Positions 27,606-35,719 of a stretch of DNA of 64,000 nt are shown one piece after another (position 1 is the first letter of the stretch; each line of letters opens with the position of its first letter). The position numbers and the translations under genes are program-made. The notes under the pieces were generated by a model. That model did not search any database. It saw only the letters and a program-made list of their open reading frames with translations, and was not told where the DNA came from. The DNA is taken from NCBI RefSeq assembly GCF_034676075.1, contig NZ_JAUCCQ010000003.1:56034-120033 (forward strand), given 5' to 3'. This DNA comes from Pararhodobacter sp. Lineage in GTDB: Bacteria > Pseudomonadota > Alphaproteobacteria > Rhodobacterales > Rhodobacteraceae.

Positions 27606-28889
27606 ATGACCGCCGCCCGGCTCCACGACCGCTACCCCGAACTCGGCACGGGTCCGATCCCCGTCGCGCCCTATATCGACCCGGCCTATTTCGAGCTTGA
27701 GAAGAAGTATCTCTTCAAGAACACTTGGCTGCATGTCGGCCGGGTCGAGGAATTGCCGAAGGTCGGCGACTACATGCTGCGCAATATCCCCGTGCTCGAT
27801 TCCGAGATCGTCATCGCCCGGGCGCGCGACAAGAAGCTCTACGCGTTCCACAATGTCTGCTCGCACCGACTGAACAAGATCGCCTATCAGCCGACCGGCA
27901 CGACGCGGAAATTCTTCTGCAAATTCCATGGCTGGGCCTATGACCTCGACGGCACGCTGACCGGCGTTCCCGACGAGAAGTCCTTCATGGACCTGGATAA
28001 ATCCTGCCTTGGGCTGACCCGGGTCTCGGTCGATACCTGGAACGGCTTCATCTTCATCAACGCCAATCCGGCGCCCGACGTCTCGCTCAAGGACTTCATG
28101 GAGCCGGTCTATGCCGGCTTCGAGACCTACCCGTTCGACAAGTTCACCGCCTGCTACGCCTGGAATGCGGTGGTCAATTGCAACTGGAAGGTCGCGCTCG
28201 ATGCCTTCCAGGAAACCTACCACGTCAACTACCTGCACGGCCGCTCGATCGCCTATGCGCTGCTGAAGGATGAGGACGGCAACCTGCACCCGATCGACGG
28301 TATCTGCGGTGACCTTCACCGCCGTCTGTCGATTGCCGGAGATCCGGATACCGTCTACGGAAATCCGCAAGCCGCGACCGCCGCCGCCGAGCAGGATGTG
28401 GGCGTCAACCAGACCGGCCACCGCATCGCCGCCAAGGCGCTGAAAGTGGCGCAGGGCGGCACCCGGTACGACCTGAGCGGCATCAAGCTGCCCGAGCTTC
28501 TGAACTGGACGAAACACCCGTCCTGGGCCTTCGACATCAACGTCGTCTTCCCGGATTTCTACCTGTCCTGCCGGCCGAACTATTTCCAGGCCTACAACTT
28601 CCGCCCGATCTCGCACGACAAGACGCTGTTCGAGGCGCGGGTCTACTACCCCGAGATGGTGACGGCGGGCGGGCGCTTCTATCAGGAATACATGAAGACG
28701 GCGCTGCGCGACGTCCTGCTCGAGGATCTGAGCACGCTGGAAACCACGCAAGCCGCCGCGGCGACCGGCGCCAAGCAGGAAATGATCATCCAGGATTTCG
28801 AGCTGATGGTGCGCCACCAGGCGGTGGCCATCGACCGGCTGATCGAAGAGGGGCTGCGCCGCGACGGCCAGCTCCAGGCCGCGGAATGA
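27606..28889 (+). CDS. Rieske non-heme iron oxygenase, alpha (catalytic) subunit
   Basis: Rieske motif CSHRLNK...CKFHGWAY. Mononuclear-iron motif NWKVALDAFQETYHVNYLH. AGAGGAG RBS. Confidence 0.9.
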   Translation: MTAARLHDRYPELGTGPIPVAPYIDPAYFELEKKYLFKNTWLHVGRVEELPKVGDYMLRNIPVLDSEIVIARARDKKLYAFHNVCSHRLNKIAYQPTGTTRKFFCKFHGWAYDLDGTLTGVPDEKSFMDLDKSCLGLTRVSVDTWNGFIFINANPAPDVSLKDFMEPVYAGFETYPFDKFTACYAWNAVVNCNWKVALDAFQETYHVNYLHGRSIAYALLKDEDGNLHPIDGICGDLHRRLSIAGDPDTVYGNPQAATAAAEQDVGVNQTGHRIAAKALKVAQGGTRYDLSGIKLPELLNWTKHPSWAFDINVVFPDFYLSCRPNYFQAYNFRPISHDKTLFEARVYYPEMVTAGGRFYQEYMKTALRDVLLEDLSTLETTQAAAATGAKQEMIIQDFELMVRHQAVAIDRLIEEGLRRDGQLQAAE

Positions 28890-29251
28890 GGAACCAGTCC
28901 ATGTCCAAACTCCCCCCTGAATTCGCCGCGCTCGAACCCTTTTCGGACTGGTGCCTGCCGCTGGAATCCCAGCGCAACCTGCGCCGCGTGAGCCTGGGTT
29001 TTGCCGAGATCAACGCCTTTGCCGAGGCGATGCTGCCCCAGGTCGAGGCGATCTGCGCCCATATCGACGCTCACCGCGCCGAGGATGGCAGCTACGACCG
29101 CGAAAGCCTAAACCTGTTCCACATGCTGCTGTCCCTGGCCGAAGTGGCCCCGGCCATCGAATCCTATGACCCCGAGGTCGAGGTGGTCGATGGCTACGAC
29201 ACCCGCAAGTTCGTCCCTGACGAGACGCACAAGCTGCGTCCCGCGATCTGA
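28886..29251 (+). CDS. hypothetical protein (121 aa) coupled to the oxygenase alpha subunit
   Basis: ATGA start/stop overlap with the alpha subunit. High GC3. No recognisable family. Confidence 0.6.
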   Translation: MRNQSMSKLPPEFAALEPFSDWCLPLESQRNLRRVSLGFAEINAFAEAMLPQVEAICAHIDAHRAEDGSYDRESLNLFHMLLSLAEVAPAIESYDPEVEVVDGYDTRKFVPDETHKLRPAI

Positions 29252-29261
29252 GGAAGCGTCC

Positions 29262-29681
29262 ATGCCGCAATGCCAGCTGTTCTCCTTCCGGGAGGGCCTC
29301 GACGAGGTCGTGCCCGGCGGGCTCAGGATGAAAGCCGTGGTGGGCCAGTCGCTCAGCGTCGGGGTCGTCAATTTCTGCCTGCCCGGCGGCCCCGGCATTG
29401 CCGCCAAAGCCCATGCCCATGGCGAGGAGGCGACGCTGCAGATCCGGGGAGGCTGCACCGTCAACCTCGGCTGGTCGGTCGAGGCACCGGAAGCCTCGGT
29501 CGAGCTTGAGGAAGGCATCGTCATGCTGATGCCCGCCGAACAGCCCCATTCCGGGATCAACCGCTTCGACTCCGAGGGCGAATGCCTGCGGCTGAACGTG
29601 GTGACGCCGCCGCGCCAGGAATACGGCGCCAGCGGCAACGCCAAACCCTTCTACCCGGGCGCACCGGAGGCCAAGGCATGA
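29262..29681 (+). CDS. cupin domain protein with intact metal-ligand motifs
   Basis: GAGGAAG RBS. HAHGEE...G and P..QPHSGIN match the two cupin motifs. Confidence 0.7.
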   Translation: MPQCQLFSFREGLDEVVPGGLRMKAVVGQSLSVGVVNFCLPGGPGIAAKAHAHGEEATLQIRGGCTVNLGWSVEAPEASVELEEGIVMLMPAEQPHSGINRFDSEGECLRLNVVTPPRQEYGASGNAKPFYPGAPEAKA

Positions 29682-29968
29682 GCTGCGAGATCCACGACAG
29701 CGGTCTGGGTGCCGCCCCCTTTGCCGTCCAGGGTGCCGCGCTCTCGGTCGCCATGGAACGTCTGCCGGTCGGTACATCGGCGGAGCTCTCGGCCCGGGGC
29801 GGGCCCGAGGAGATGGTCGCGCTGCTGGAAGGCAGCGCCACGCTCAGGGCCGACGATGGCGAGCATTCGCTGGTCCCCGGTACGGGCGTGCTGATCCCGG
29901 CTGGTTCGGCGCGCGAATGGACCATTCTGACCCCCGCCCTCGTGTACCGCGTCAGGGCCGCCGGATGA
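29678..29968 (+). CDS. small cupin-like protein lacking the His ligands
   Basis: ATGA overlap with the preceding gene. Beta-rich sequence ...EEMVALLEGSATLRADDGEHSLVPGTGVLIPAGSAREW with no HxH. Confidence 0.55.
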   Translation: MSCEIHDSGLGAAPFAVQGAALSVAMERLPVGTSAELSARGGPEEMVALLEGSATLRADDGEHSLVPGTGVLIPAGSAREWTILTPALVYRVRAAG

Positions 29969-30495
29969 GCGTCGAAGACCGCCTCGCCCGGCTCGAGGCC
30001 CATGCAGACATCGAGGCCGTGATGCAGGTCTACGCGGCGGCGGCGGATGCGAAGTACACCGCCCGCCACCGCAAGGCCGCGCCCGACCGGGTGGCCGAGG
30101 CCGCGCGCGCGCAGGCTGCCTGTTTCACCCCGGACGCCGAATGGCAGGCCGGCGGGTTCGGCGGCAGCCTTCACGGCCGCGTGGCGATCGAGGATTTCTT
30201 CCGTGAAGGCCCTTGGTCCTTTGCCACCCATCTCTATGCGGCGCCGCAGATTCAGGTCGCCGGCACCATAGCCGAAGCCCGCTGGCGCCTGTGGGAGCTG
30301 GGCGTCCGCGACGAGCGCAACCCTGCCATCCAGGGCCATGTCACGCTGTTGACGGGCGTGGTCCGCCAGAGCTGGCACCGTCTGCCCGAAGGCTGGCGCA
30401 TCGCCGTCATGGCCTTTGACCAGCTCCATGCCCTGACCCTTGCCACCGACACGGCGGCGCTCAGCTGCCTCATCCCCGCCGGAGACACCCCGTGA
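29965..30495 (+). CDS. NTF2-like (SnoaL_4-type) protein
   Basis: ATGA overlap. The N-terminal DRLARLEAHADIEAVMQVYAAAAD pattern is typical of SnoaL-like domains. Confidence 0.65.
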   Translation: MSVEDRLARLEAHADIEAVMQVYAAAADAKYTARHRKAAPDRVAEAARAQAACFTPDAEWQAGGFGGSLHGRVAIEDFFREGPWSFATHLYAAPQIQVAGTIAEARWRLWELGVRDERNPAIQGHVTLLTGVVRQSWHRLPEGWRIAVMAFDQLHALTLATDTAALSCLIPAGDTP

Positions 30496-31349
30496 CCGCA
30501 ACCTGCCCCGCGCCGACTGCCGCGCCCGACCCGGCGCCCGCTGCTGCCTTCCCCATCGCCGACACGGCCTGCCGCGTCGTCTCGAACGAGCCGGTGAACG
30601 CCGAATACCGCCTACTGCTGGCCGAGGCCGGGCCCACCGCGCTGACCGCCGAAGCGGGTCAGTTCTTCCAGCTCAAATGCCCGCCGACGACACAGGACCA
30701 CCCCTTCCTGCGCCGCCCGATGAGCGTCTATCGCATCGACCGGCAGAACGGGCAGATTGGCTTTCTCTACAAGGTGACCGGCAAGGGCACGCGCGGCCTG
30801 TCTACGCTGGTGCCCGGCGACAGGCTCGAGGCCATCGGTCCCCTGGGCCTGGGTTTCACCCTGCCCGCGGGGACAAAGCATGTCCTTCTGGTGGCCCGGG
30901 GCGTGGGGCTTGCCACGCTGACGCCGCTCGTGCAGATGGCCCGCGCTGCCGGGGCCGAGGTCACGGCGATCCTCAGCGCCCGCAATCCCGCCATGGTCAT
31001 GTCGCGCGACGAGCTGGCGGCGCAGGGCGCCCGGGTCATCGAGGTCACGGATACAGCGGGCGACAGCGACATGGCGCAGGTCGAGGCGCTGCTGCGGCGC
31101 CTTCACGCCGAACAGCCCTTCGATTTCGCCGCCACCTGCGGCTCGAACCGCCTGCTGCAACTGACCAAGGCGCTGAGCGCCGAATGGCAGATCGCCGGAC
31201 AGGCGGCCATGGAGGCCTTCATGGGCTGCGGCATGGGCATGTGCTATGCCTGCGTGCTGCCCGTGACCGCCCCCTCCGGCGAAACCATCTTCAAACGGGT
31301 CTGCCGCGAAGGACCTGTCTTCAGCATCGAGGAGGTCCAGTCATGGTAG
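30492..31349 (+). CDS. PyrK-like electron-transfer subunit (FAD/NAD-binding plus C-terminal 2Fe-2S) of a class-1B dihydroorotate dehydrogenase-type enzyme
   Basis: GTGA overlap. RRPMSVYRID FAD motif, LLVARGVGLATL NAD fold, and the Cys cluster CGMGMCYAC...CREGPVF. Confidence 0.8.
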   Translation: MTATCPAPTAAPDPAPAAAFPIADTACRVVSNEPVNAEYRLLLAEAGPTALTAEAGQFFQLKCPPTTQDHPFLRRPMSVYRIDRQNGQIGFLYKVTGKGTRGLSTLVPGDRLEAIGPLGLGFTLPAGTKHVLLVARGVGLATLTPLVQMARAAGAEVTAILSARNPAMVMSRDELAAQGARVIEVTDTAGDSDMAQVEALLRRLHAEQPFDFAATCGSNRLLQLTKALSAEWQIAGQAAMEAFMGCGMGMCYACVLPVTAPSGETIFKRVCREGPVFSIEEVQSW

Positions 31350-32284
31350 ACCTGTCCGTCCAGATCGGCAGCGTCTCGCTGCGCAACCCGGTGATGCCCG
31401 CCTCGGGGACCATCGCCGAAGGCTTTGCCGAGATCGTCGACCTCGGCCGGCTCGGTGCGATCGTGCTGAAGACCATCACCCCCGACATCCGCCAGGGCAC
31501 CCAGCCGCCGCGGGTGGCCGAGTTCACGGATGCCACGCTGTTTTCCATCGGCATCCCCTCGAAGGGGCCGGACTACCTGCTTGATTCCACCCTGCCGGTC
31601 TATGCCGATTTCGGGGTGCCGGTGGTGGCCAGCGTCTCGGCCGACAGCGCCGAGGATTTCGGCACGCTCGCGGCCTATATCTCGGCCCCCGGTGTTGCGG
31701 CGATCGAGGCCAATGTCTCGTGCCCGAACCTGCGCGCCCATGGCCAGGCCTTCGGCATGGACCCCGAGGCCACGGCCGAGGTGATCCGTGCCATGAAGGC
31801 CAGGACCGACACGCCGATCTGGGCCAAGCTCACCCCCAATGTCGGCGACATCGCCCAAATCGCCCGGGCCGCCGAGGCCGCTGGCGCCGATGCGCTGGTG
31901 GTGTCGAACGCGCTCTTGGGCATGGCTGTCGATGCCGAGAACATGCGCCCCCGACTTGGCAATGTGATTGGCGGACTAACGGGCAACGCGGTCAAGCCGA
32001 TCATCCTGCGCATGGTTCATCAGGTGGCGCAGGCGGTGTCGATCCCGATCATCGGCTGCGGCGGCATCGCCAACGGCGAGGATGCGGTGGAGTATCTGCT
32101 CGCCGGAGCGACTGCCGTGCAATTCGGCACCGTCAACTTCATCGAACCGGCGGCGATGGAGGAGGCCATCGCCTGGATCGAGGCCTATTGCCGCCGCCAT
32201 GGCGTCACCGAGGTCCGCGCCCTGACTGGGGCCATGAGCCCCCGCCACGACCAGAAGTCGCCCCTGCAAAGCGCCGTTCTCTGA
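31343..32284 (+). CDS. dihydroorotate dehydrogenase class-1B catalytic-subunit-like flavoenzyme (PyrD/PreA family)
   Basis: NPVMPASGT, active-site NVSCPN, TPNV, and FMN-binding IGCGGIANGEDAVEYLLAGATAVQFGT. 7-nt overlap with the pyrK-like gene. GAGGAGG RBS. Confidence 0.85.
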   Translation: MVDLSVQIGSVSLRNPVMPASGTIAEGFAEIVDLGRLGAIVLKTITPDIRQGTQPPRVAEFTDATLFSIGIPSKGPDYLLDSTLPVYADFGVPVVASVSADSAEDFGTLAAYISAPGVAAIEANVSCPNLRAHGQAFGMDPEATAEVIRAMKARTDTPIWAKLTPNVGDIAQIARAAEAAGADALVVSNALLGMAVDAENMRPRLGNVIGGLTGNAVKPIILRMVHQVAQAVSIPIIGCGGIANGEDAVEYLLAGATAVQFGTVNFIEPAAMEEAIAWIEAYCRRHGVTEVRALTGAMSPRHDQKSPLQSAVL

Positions 32285-32291
32285 GGATCCG

Positions 32292-32606
32292 ATGAGCGAC
32301 TGGACCGAACTTTGCGCCGCCGACGCCCTGCCCGAGGGCGAGGCAAAGGGCTTCACCATCGACGGGCTCAGGCTCTGTGCGGTCAATGACGGGACCGGGA
32401 TCTTCGTCGTCGCCGACCTCTGCACGCATGGGCAGGCCTATCTGTCCGACGGGTATTTCGACGCCGAGGAATGCGTCCTCGAATGTCCGCTGCACGGGGG
32501 GCTCTTCAGCTACCGCGATGGCTCGCCACAGGGCGACCCGGCGGAAAAGCCTGTTCGTTCCTTCCCCATCCGGGTCGAGGGCGGCCGCGTGATGGTGCAG
32601 CTATGA
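32292..32606 (+). CDS. Rieske-type [2Fe-2S] ferredoxin component
   Basis: 104 aa with CTHGQAYL...CPLHGGLF. Confidence 0.85.
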   Translation: MSDWTELCAADALPEGEAKGFTIDGLRLCAVNDGTGIFVVADLCTHGQAYLSDGYFDAEECVLECPLHGGLFSYRDGSPQGDPAEKPVRSFPIRVEGGRVMVQL

Positions 32607-33583
32607 ACCGGCGCGTCGTCATCCTCGGCGCCGGGGGCACCATCGCCATGGCGGGGGCGCATGCCTACGATTGGGTCGATTACGGCGATACCGGGATCAT
32701 CAATCCGGTGGACGAGATCGTCGCCGGCATGGATTTCGGGCTTCCCGGGGTGACGCTGGACCTGCGCAGTTTCCGCATGCTGCCCTCGACCGGGATCACG
32801 CCCGAGGACTGGCTGGATCTCGCGCAGACCATCGACACGCTCTGTCACACGGACGCCCCCGCCGGGATCGTGGTGACCCACGGCACGGCGACGATGGAGG
32901 ATACCGCCTTCTTCCTGCATCTCACGCAGCGGGTCGATGTGCCGGTGATCCTGACTGGCGCACAGCGGCCACCGAATACCGAAGGCTCTGACGCCGCCGC
33001 CAACATGCGCCACGCCATCGCGGTCGCCGCCAGTGGCACGCTGCCGGGCGGCGCCTATCTGGTGATGGACGCAAAGATCCTGCCCGCCGACCGCGCGTCC
33101 AAGACCGCGAACCACGCGCTCGATGCCTTCGAAGCGCCAGACGGCGGCCCCTTGGGAACGGTGAACGCCGACGGATCGCTGACCCTGTTCAATGCGCCGC
33201 TGCCCAGGCCGCATGTCTTCGCGCGGCCACGGGCGCCGCTGCCTCGGGTCGGTGTCGTCATCTCCTATCCAGGTGCCGGGGGCGAGGTGGTCGAGGCGCT
33301 GACCGCCTCGGGTGTTGCCGCATTGATCAGTGCCGGTTTCCCCCCCGGCCGCCCCACCCCCGGCGAGCGCGCGGCGATGCAGCGCGCCGCCGGGGCCGGG
33401 GTGCTGGTCGTGCAATCCTCGCGCGCGCCCCGGGGCCGGGTGCCCTTGCAGCGCTGGAATGAAGAGGCCGGGATCCTCTCGGGCGGCGGTCTGTCGCCCG
33501 CCAAGGCCCGGATCCTCGTGATGCTGGCCCTGGCCGAAGGGATGGCCCGGGACGAGATCCAGGACCTGCTTCTGTCCTGGTGA
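32603..33583 (+). CDS. L-asparaginase/glutaminase family amidohydrolase with an atypical active-site motif
   Basis: ATGA overlap. GAGGTIAM retains the Thr nucleophile. HGTATMEDTAFFL replaces the canonical HGTDT. SKT...LDAFEAP retains the Lys. Confidence 0.8.
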   Translation: MNRRVVILGAGGTIAMAGAHAYDWVDYGDTGIINPVDEIVAGMDFGLPGVTLDLRSFRMLPSTGITPEDWLDLAQTIDTLCHTDAPAGIVVTHGTATMEDTAFFLHLTQRVDVPVILTGAQRPPNTEGSDAAANMRHAIAVAASGTLPGGAYLVMDAKILPADRASKTANHALDAFEAPDGGPLGTVNADGSLTLFNAPLPRPHVFARPRAPLPRVGVVISYPGAGGEVVEALTASGVAALISAGFPPGRPTPGERAAMQRAAGAGVLVVQSSRAPRGRVPLQRWNEEAGILSGGGLSPAKARILVMLALAEGMARDEIQDLLLSW

Positions 33584-33747
33584 CGCGATCTGCGGCTCGG
33601 GCCCATGTCGGGCGCTTAGGTGCGGGCTCGACATTCGGAAAGGAGCCCCTTGCCGATGGCCTGAACCGGCAGACAGCGCAGCCGCGCGGCGGTGGAGGGA
33701 TAGCCTTCGCCCCGGCTCGGACCCGCAACGCCACTGATACACAGGAC

Positions 33748-33782
33748 AAGGCCGGCGCAGGGTCGCCCTGCGCCGGCCTTTT
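33748..33782. terminator. rho-independent terminator between convergent operons
   Basis: AAGGCCGGCGCAGGG-TCG-CCCTGCGCCGGCCTT followed by TT. Confidence 0.7.
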
Positions 33783-33796
33783 GAGGGATGATCGGC

Positions 33797-35719
33797 TCAG
33801 CTGTGGTCGGGCTCGCGCTGCAGGATGACCTGCTCGCCCGTCACCCGTGCCGCCTGTCGGACCATCACCATCGCCACAACGATGATCAACGTGCCCGAGA
33901 GCGCCAGCACCACATGCGGTGCGACGGCGGCAACGGCGGCGCACAGGAACAGCGGTCGCAGCCAGAGAACGCGGGTATTGCCCGCGACCCCCTCGACCGA
34001 GACCGCCATGGCCGCGGTCGCGGCGACACCCCCAACCACCGCCAGCGTGTTGGCGAGGGGGTCCGCCAGCAGCATCAGACCAGGGTTCCAGACGAAGGCG
34101 AAGGGCATCAGAAAGCCCACGCTCGCAAGTTTCATCGCATCGAAGGCGATGCTGAACGGATCGGCCCGGGCTATCGCCGCTGCCGCCAGCGCCGCCACCG
34201 CGATGGGTGGTGTCAGGGCCGAGAGCACGGCAAAGACCAGCAGGAACATGTGGCTTTGCAGCAGCGGATAGCCGAGTGCCGCCAGCGCCGGCCCGACCAG
34301 AACCGCAGCCAGGATATAGGCCGAGGGCGTCGGCATCCCGAGGCCGAGGATGATCGTCACCACCGCGGCGATGACCAGCGTCAGCAGCGCATGCCCGCCG
34401 CTGACCGACAGGATGACGCTCGCCGCCTTCATGCCGAGCCCGGTCATCGTCAGCCCGCCGATCACCAGCCCGGCCGCGGCGCAGGCGCCGGCCACGGGCA
34501 GGATGCTCAGCGTCGTCTCGCCCAGCCCTTCGACGATCTTCCACAGCGTGAGCCGCGTGCTGGGCAGGATGGCCGAGGCCACGACGACCGACAGCACCCC
34601 CATGCCCGCCGTCAGGTTGGGTGAATAGCCCGCGACCAGGACGCCGACGATGATGGCGATGGGGATCAGGAACACCCAGCCGGTGCGGAAGGTCTCGGCC
34701 GCCGAGGGGATATCGCCCTCGGCCGGGCGCAGATCCTCGTTCACCGCGCGCAGATGCACCTGCAGGAACACGCCGAGGTAGTAGAGCAGCGCCGGAACCA
34801 GCGCCGCCATGATTACCTCGCGGTAGCCCACATTGGTGTATTCGGCGAGGATGAAAGCGGCCGAGCCCATGATCGGCGGCATCAGCGAACCGCCGGTCGA
34901 GGCCGCGACCTCGACGGCGCCGGCAAAGCGCGCCCGGTAGCCGAGCTTCTTCATCACCGGGATGGTGATCGAGCCGGTGGCCACCACATCCGAGGTGGGC
35001 GAGCCCGACATCGTGCCGTAGAGCCCCGAGGCGATCACCGCCACCTTGGCCGGGCCGCCGCGGGTGCGGCCGGTCAGCAGCGTGGCCAGCGAGAAGAAGA
35101 AATCGCCGCCGCCCGCCTTAGCCAGGAAGGTGCCGAACATGACGAAGAGGAAGACGTAGCTGGCGACCACCTTGATCGGCACGCCGAACAGGCCGTCGGT
35201 GGTGAAGACCAGGATATCCAGGAGATAAGAGAACTCGTCCACGCCGTGGCCGAAGGGCGGGGGCAGCAGGCTGCCGAAAAGATTGTAGGCCAGAAACAGG
35301 CTGACCACGAGGGTCAACGCCAGCCCGGTCGTGCGCCGCGTCGCCTCGAGCGTGAGCGCCAGCAGCAGGCTGCCGAAGGTGAATTGCGCCGGCGTCAGTG
35401 CGTCCAGCAGGCTGATCCGCAGCGAGATCGTCTCGGCCGAGGTGAAGAAGAAGATGCCGCAGGCCAGGCTCAGGCCGCTGAGCGCCCAGTCGTAGACCGG
35501 CACCCGGTCGGGCGCGTTCGGCGTGGCGCCGATGGCGATGAACAGCAGCGTGAAGATCCCGTTGACGAACAGGATCCCCAGGATCAGCGGGTCCGAGATG
35601 GTGAAGATGTTGGCGTAGATGACCCAGAGCGAGAACAGCGCCGCGGCAATGACCAGCAGCCTGTTCCAGCGGGCCGCAAACATGCGTCTGCGGCCCGTGG
35701 AAAGTAGCGCAGCCATCAT
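33797..35719 (-). CDS. TAXI-type TRAP transporter fused permease (DctQ/DctM-like fusion)
   Basis: 640-aa polytopic protein. ATGA overlap with the upstream TAXI binding-protein gene. Confidence 0.85.
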   Translation of the reverse strand: MMAALLSTGRRRMFAARWNRLLVIAAALFSLWVIYANIFTISDPLILGILFVNGIFTLLFIAIGATPNAPDRVPVYDWALSGLSLACGIFFFTSAETISLRISLLDALTPAQFTFGSLLLALTLEATRRTTGLALTLVVSLFLAYNLFGSLLPPPFGHGVDEFSYLLDILVFTTDGLFGVPIKVVASYVFLFVMFGTFLAKAGGGDFFFSLATLLTGRTRGGPAKVAVIASGLYGTMSGSPTSDVVATGSITIPVMKKLGYRARFAGAVEVAASTGGSLMPPIMGSAAFILAEYTNVGYREVIMAALVPALLYYLGVFLQVHLRAVNEDLRPAEGDIPSAAETFRTGWVFLIPIAIIVGVLVAGYSPNLTAGMGVLSVVVASAILPSTRLTLWKIVEGLGETTLSILPVAGACAAAGLVIGGLTMTGLGMKAASVILSVSGGHALLTLVIAAVVTIILGLGMPTPSAYILAAVLVGPALAALGYPLLQSHMFLLVFAVLSALTPPIAVAALAAAAIARADPFSIAFDAMKLASVGFLMPFAFVWNPGLMLLADPLANTLAVVGGVAATAAMAVSVEGVAGNTRVLWLRPLFLCAAVAAVAPHVVLALSGTLIIVVAMVMVRQAARVTGEQVILQREPDHS

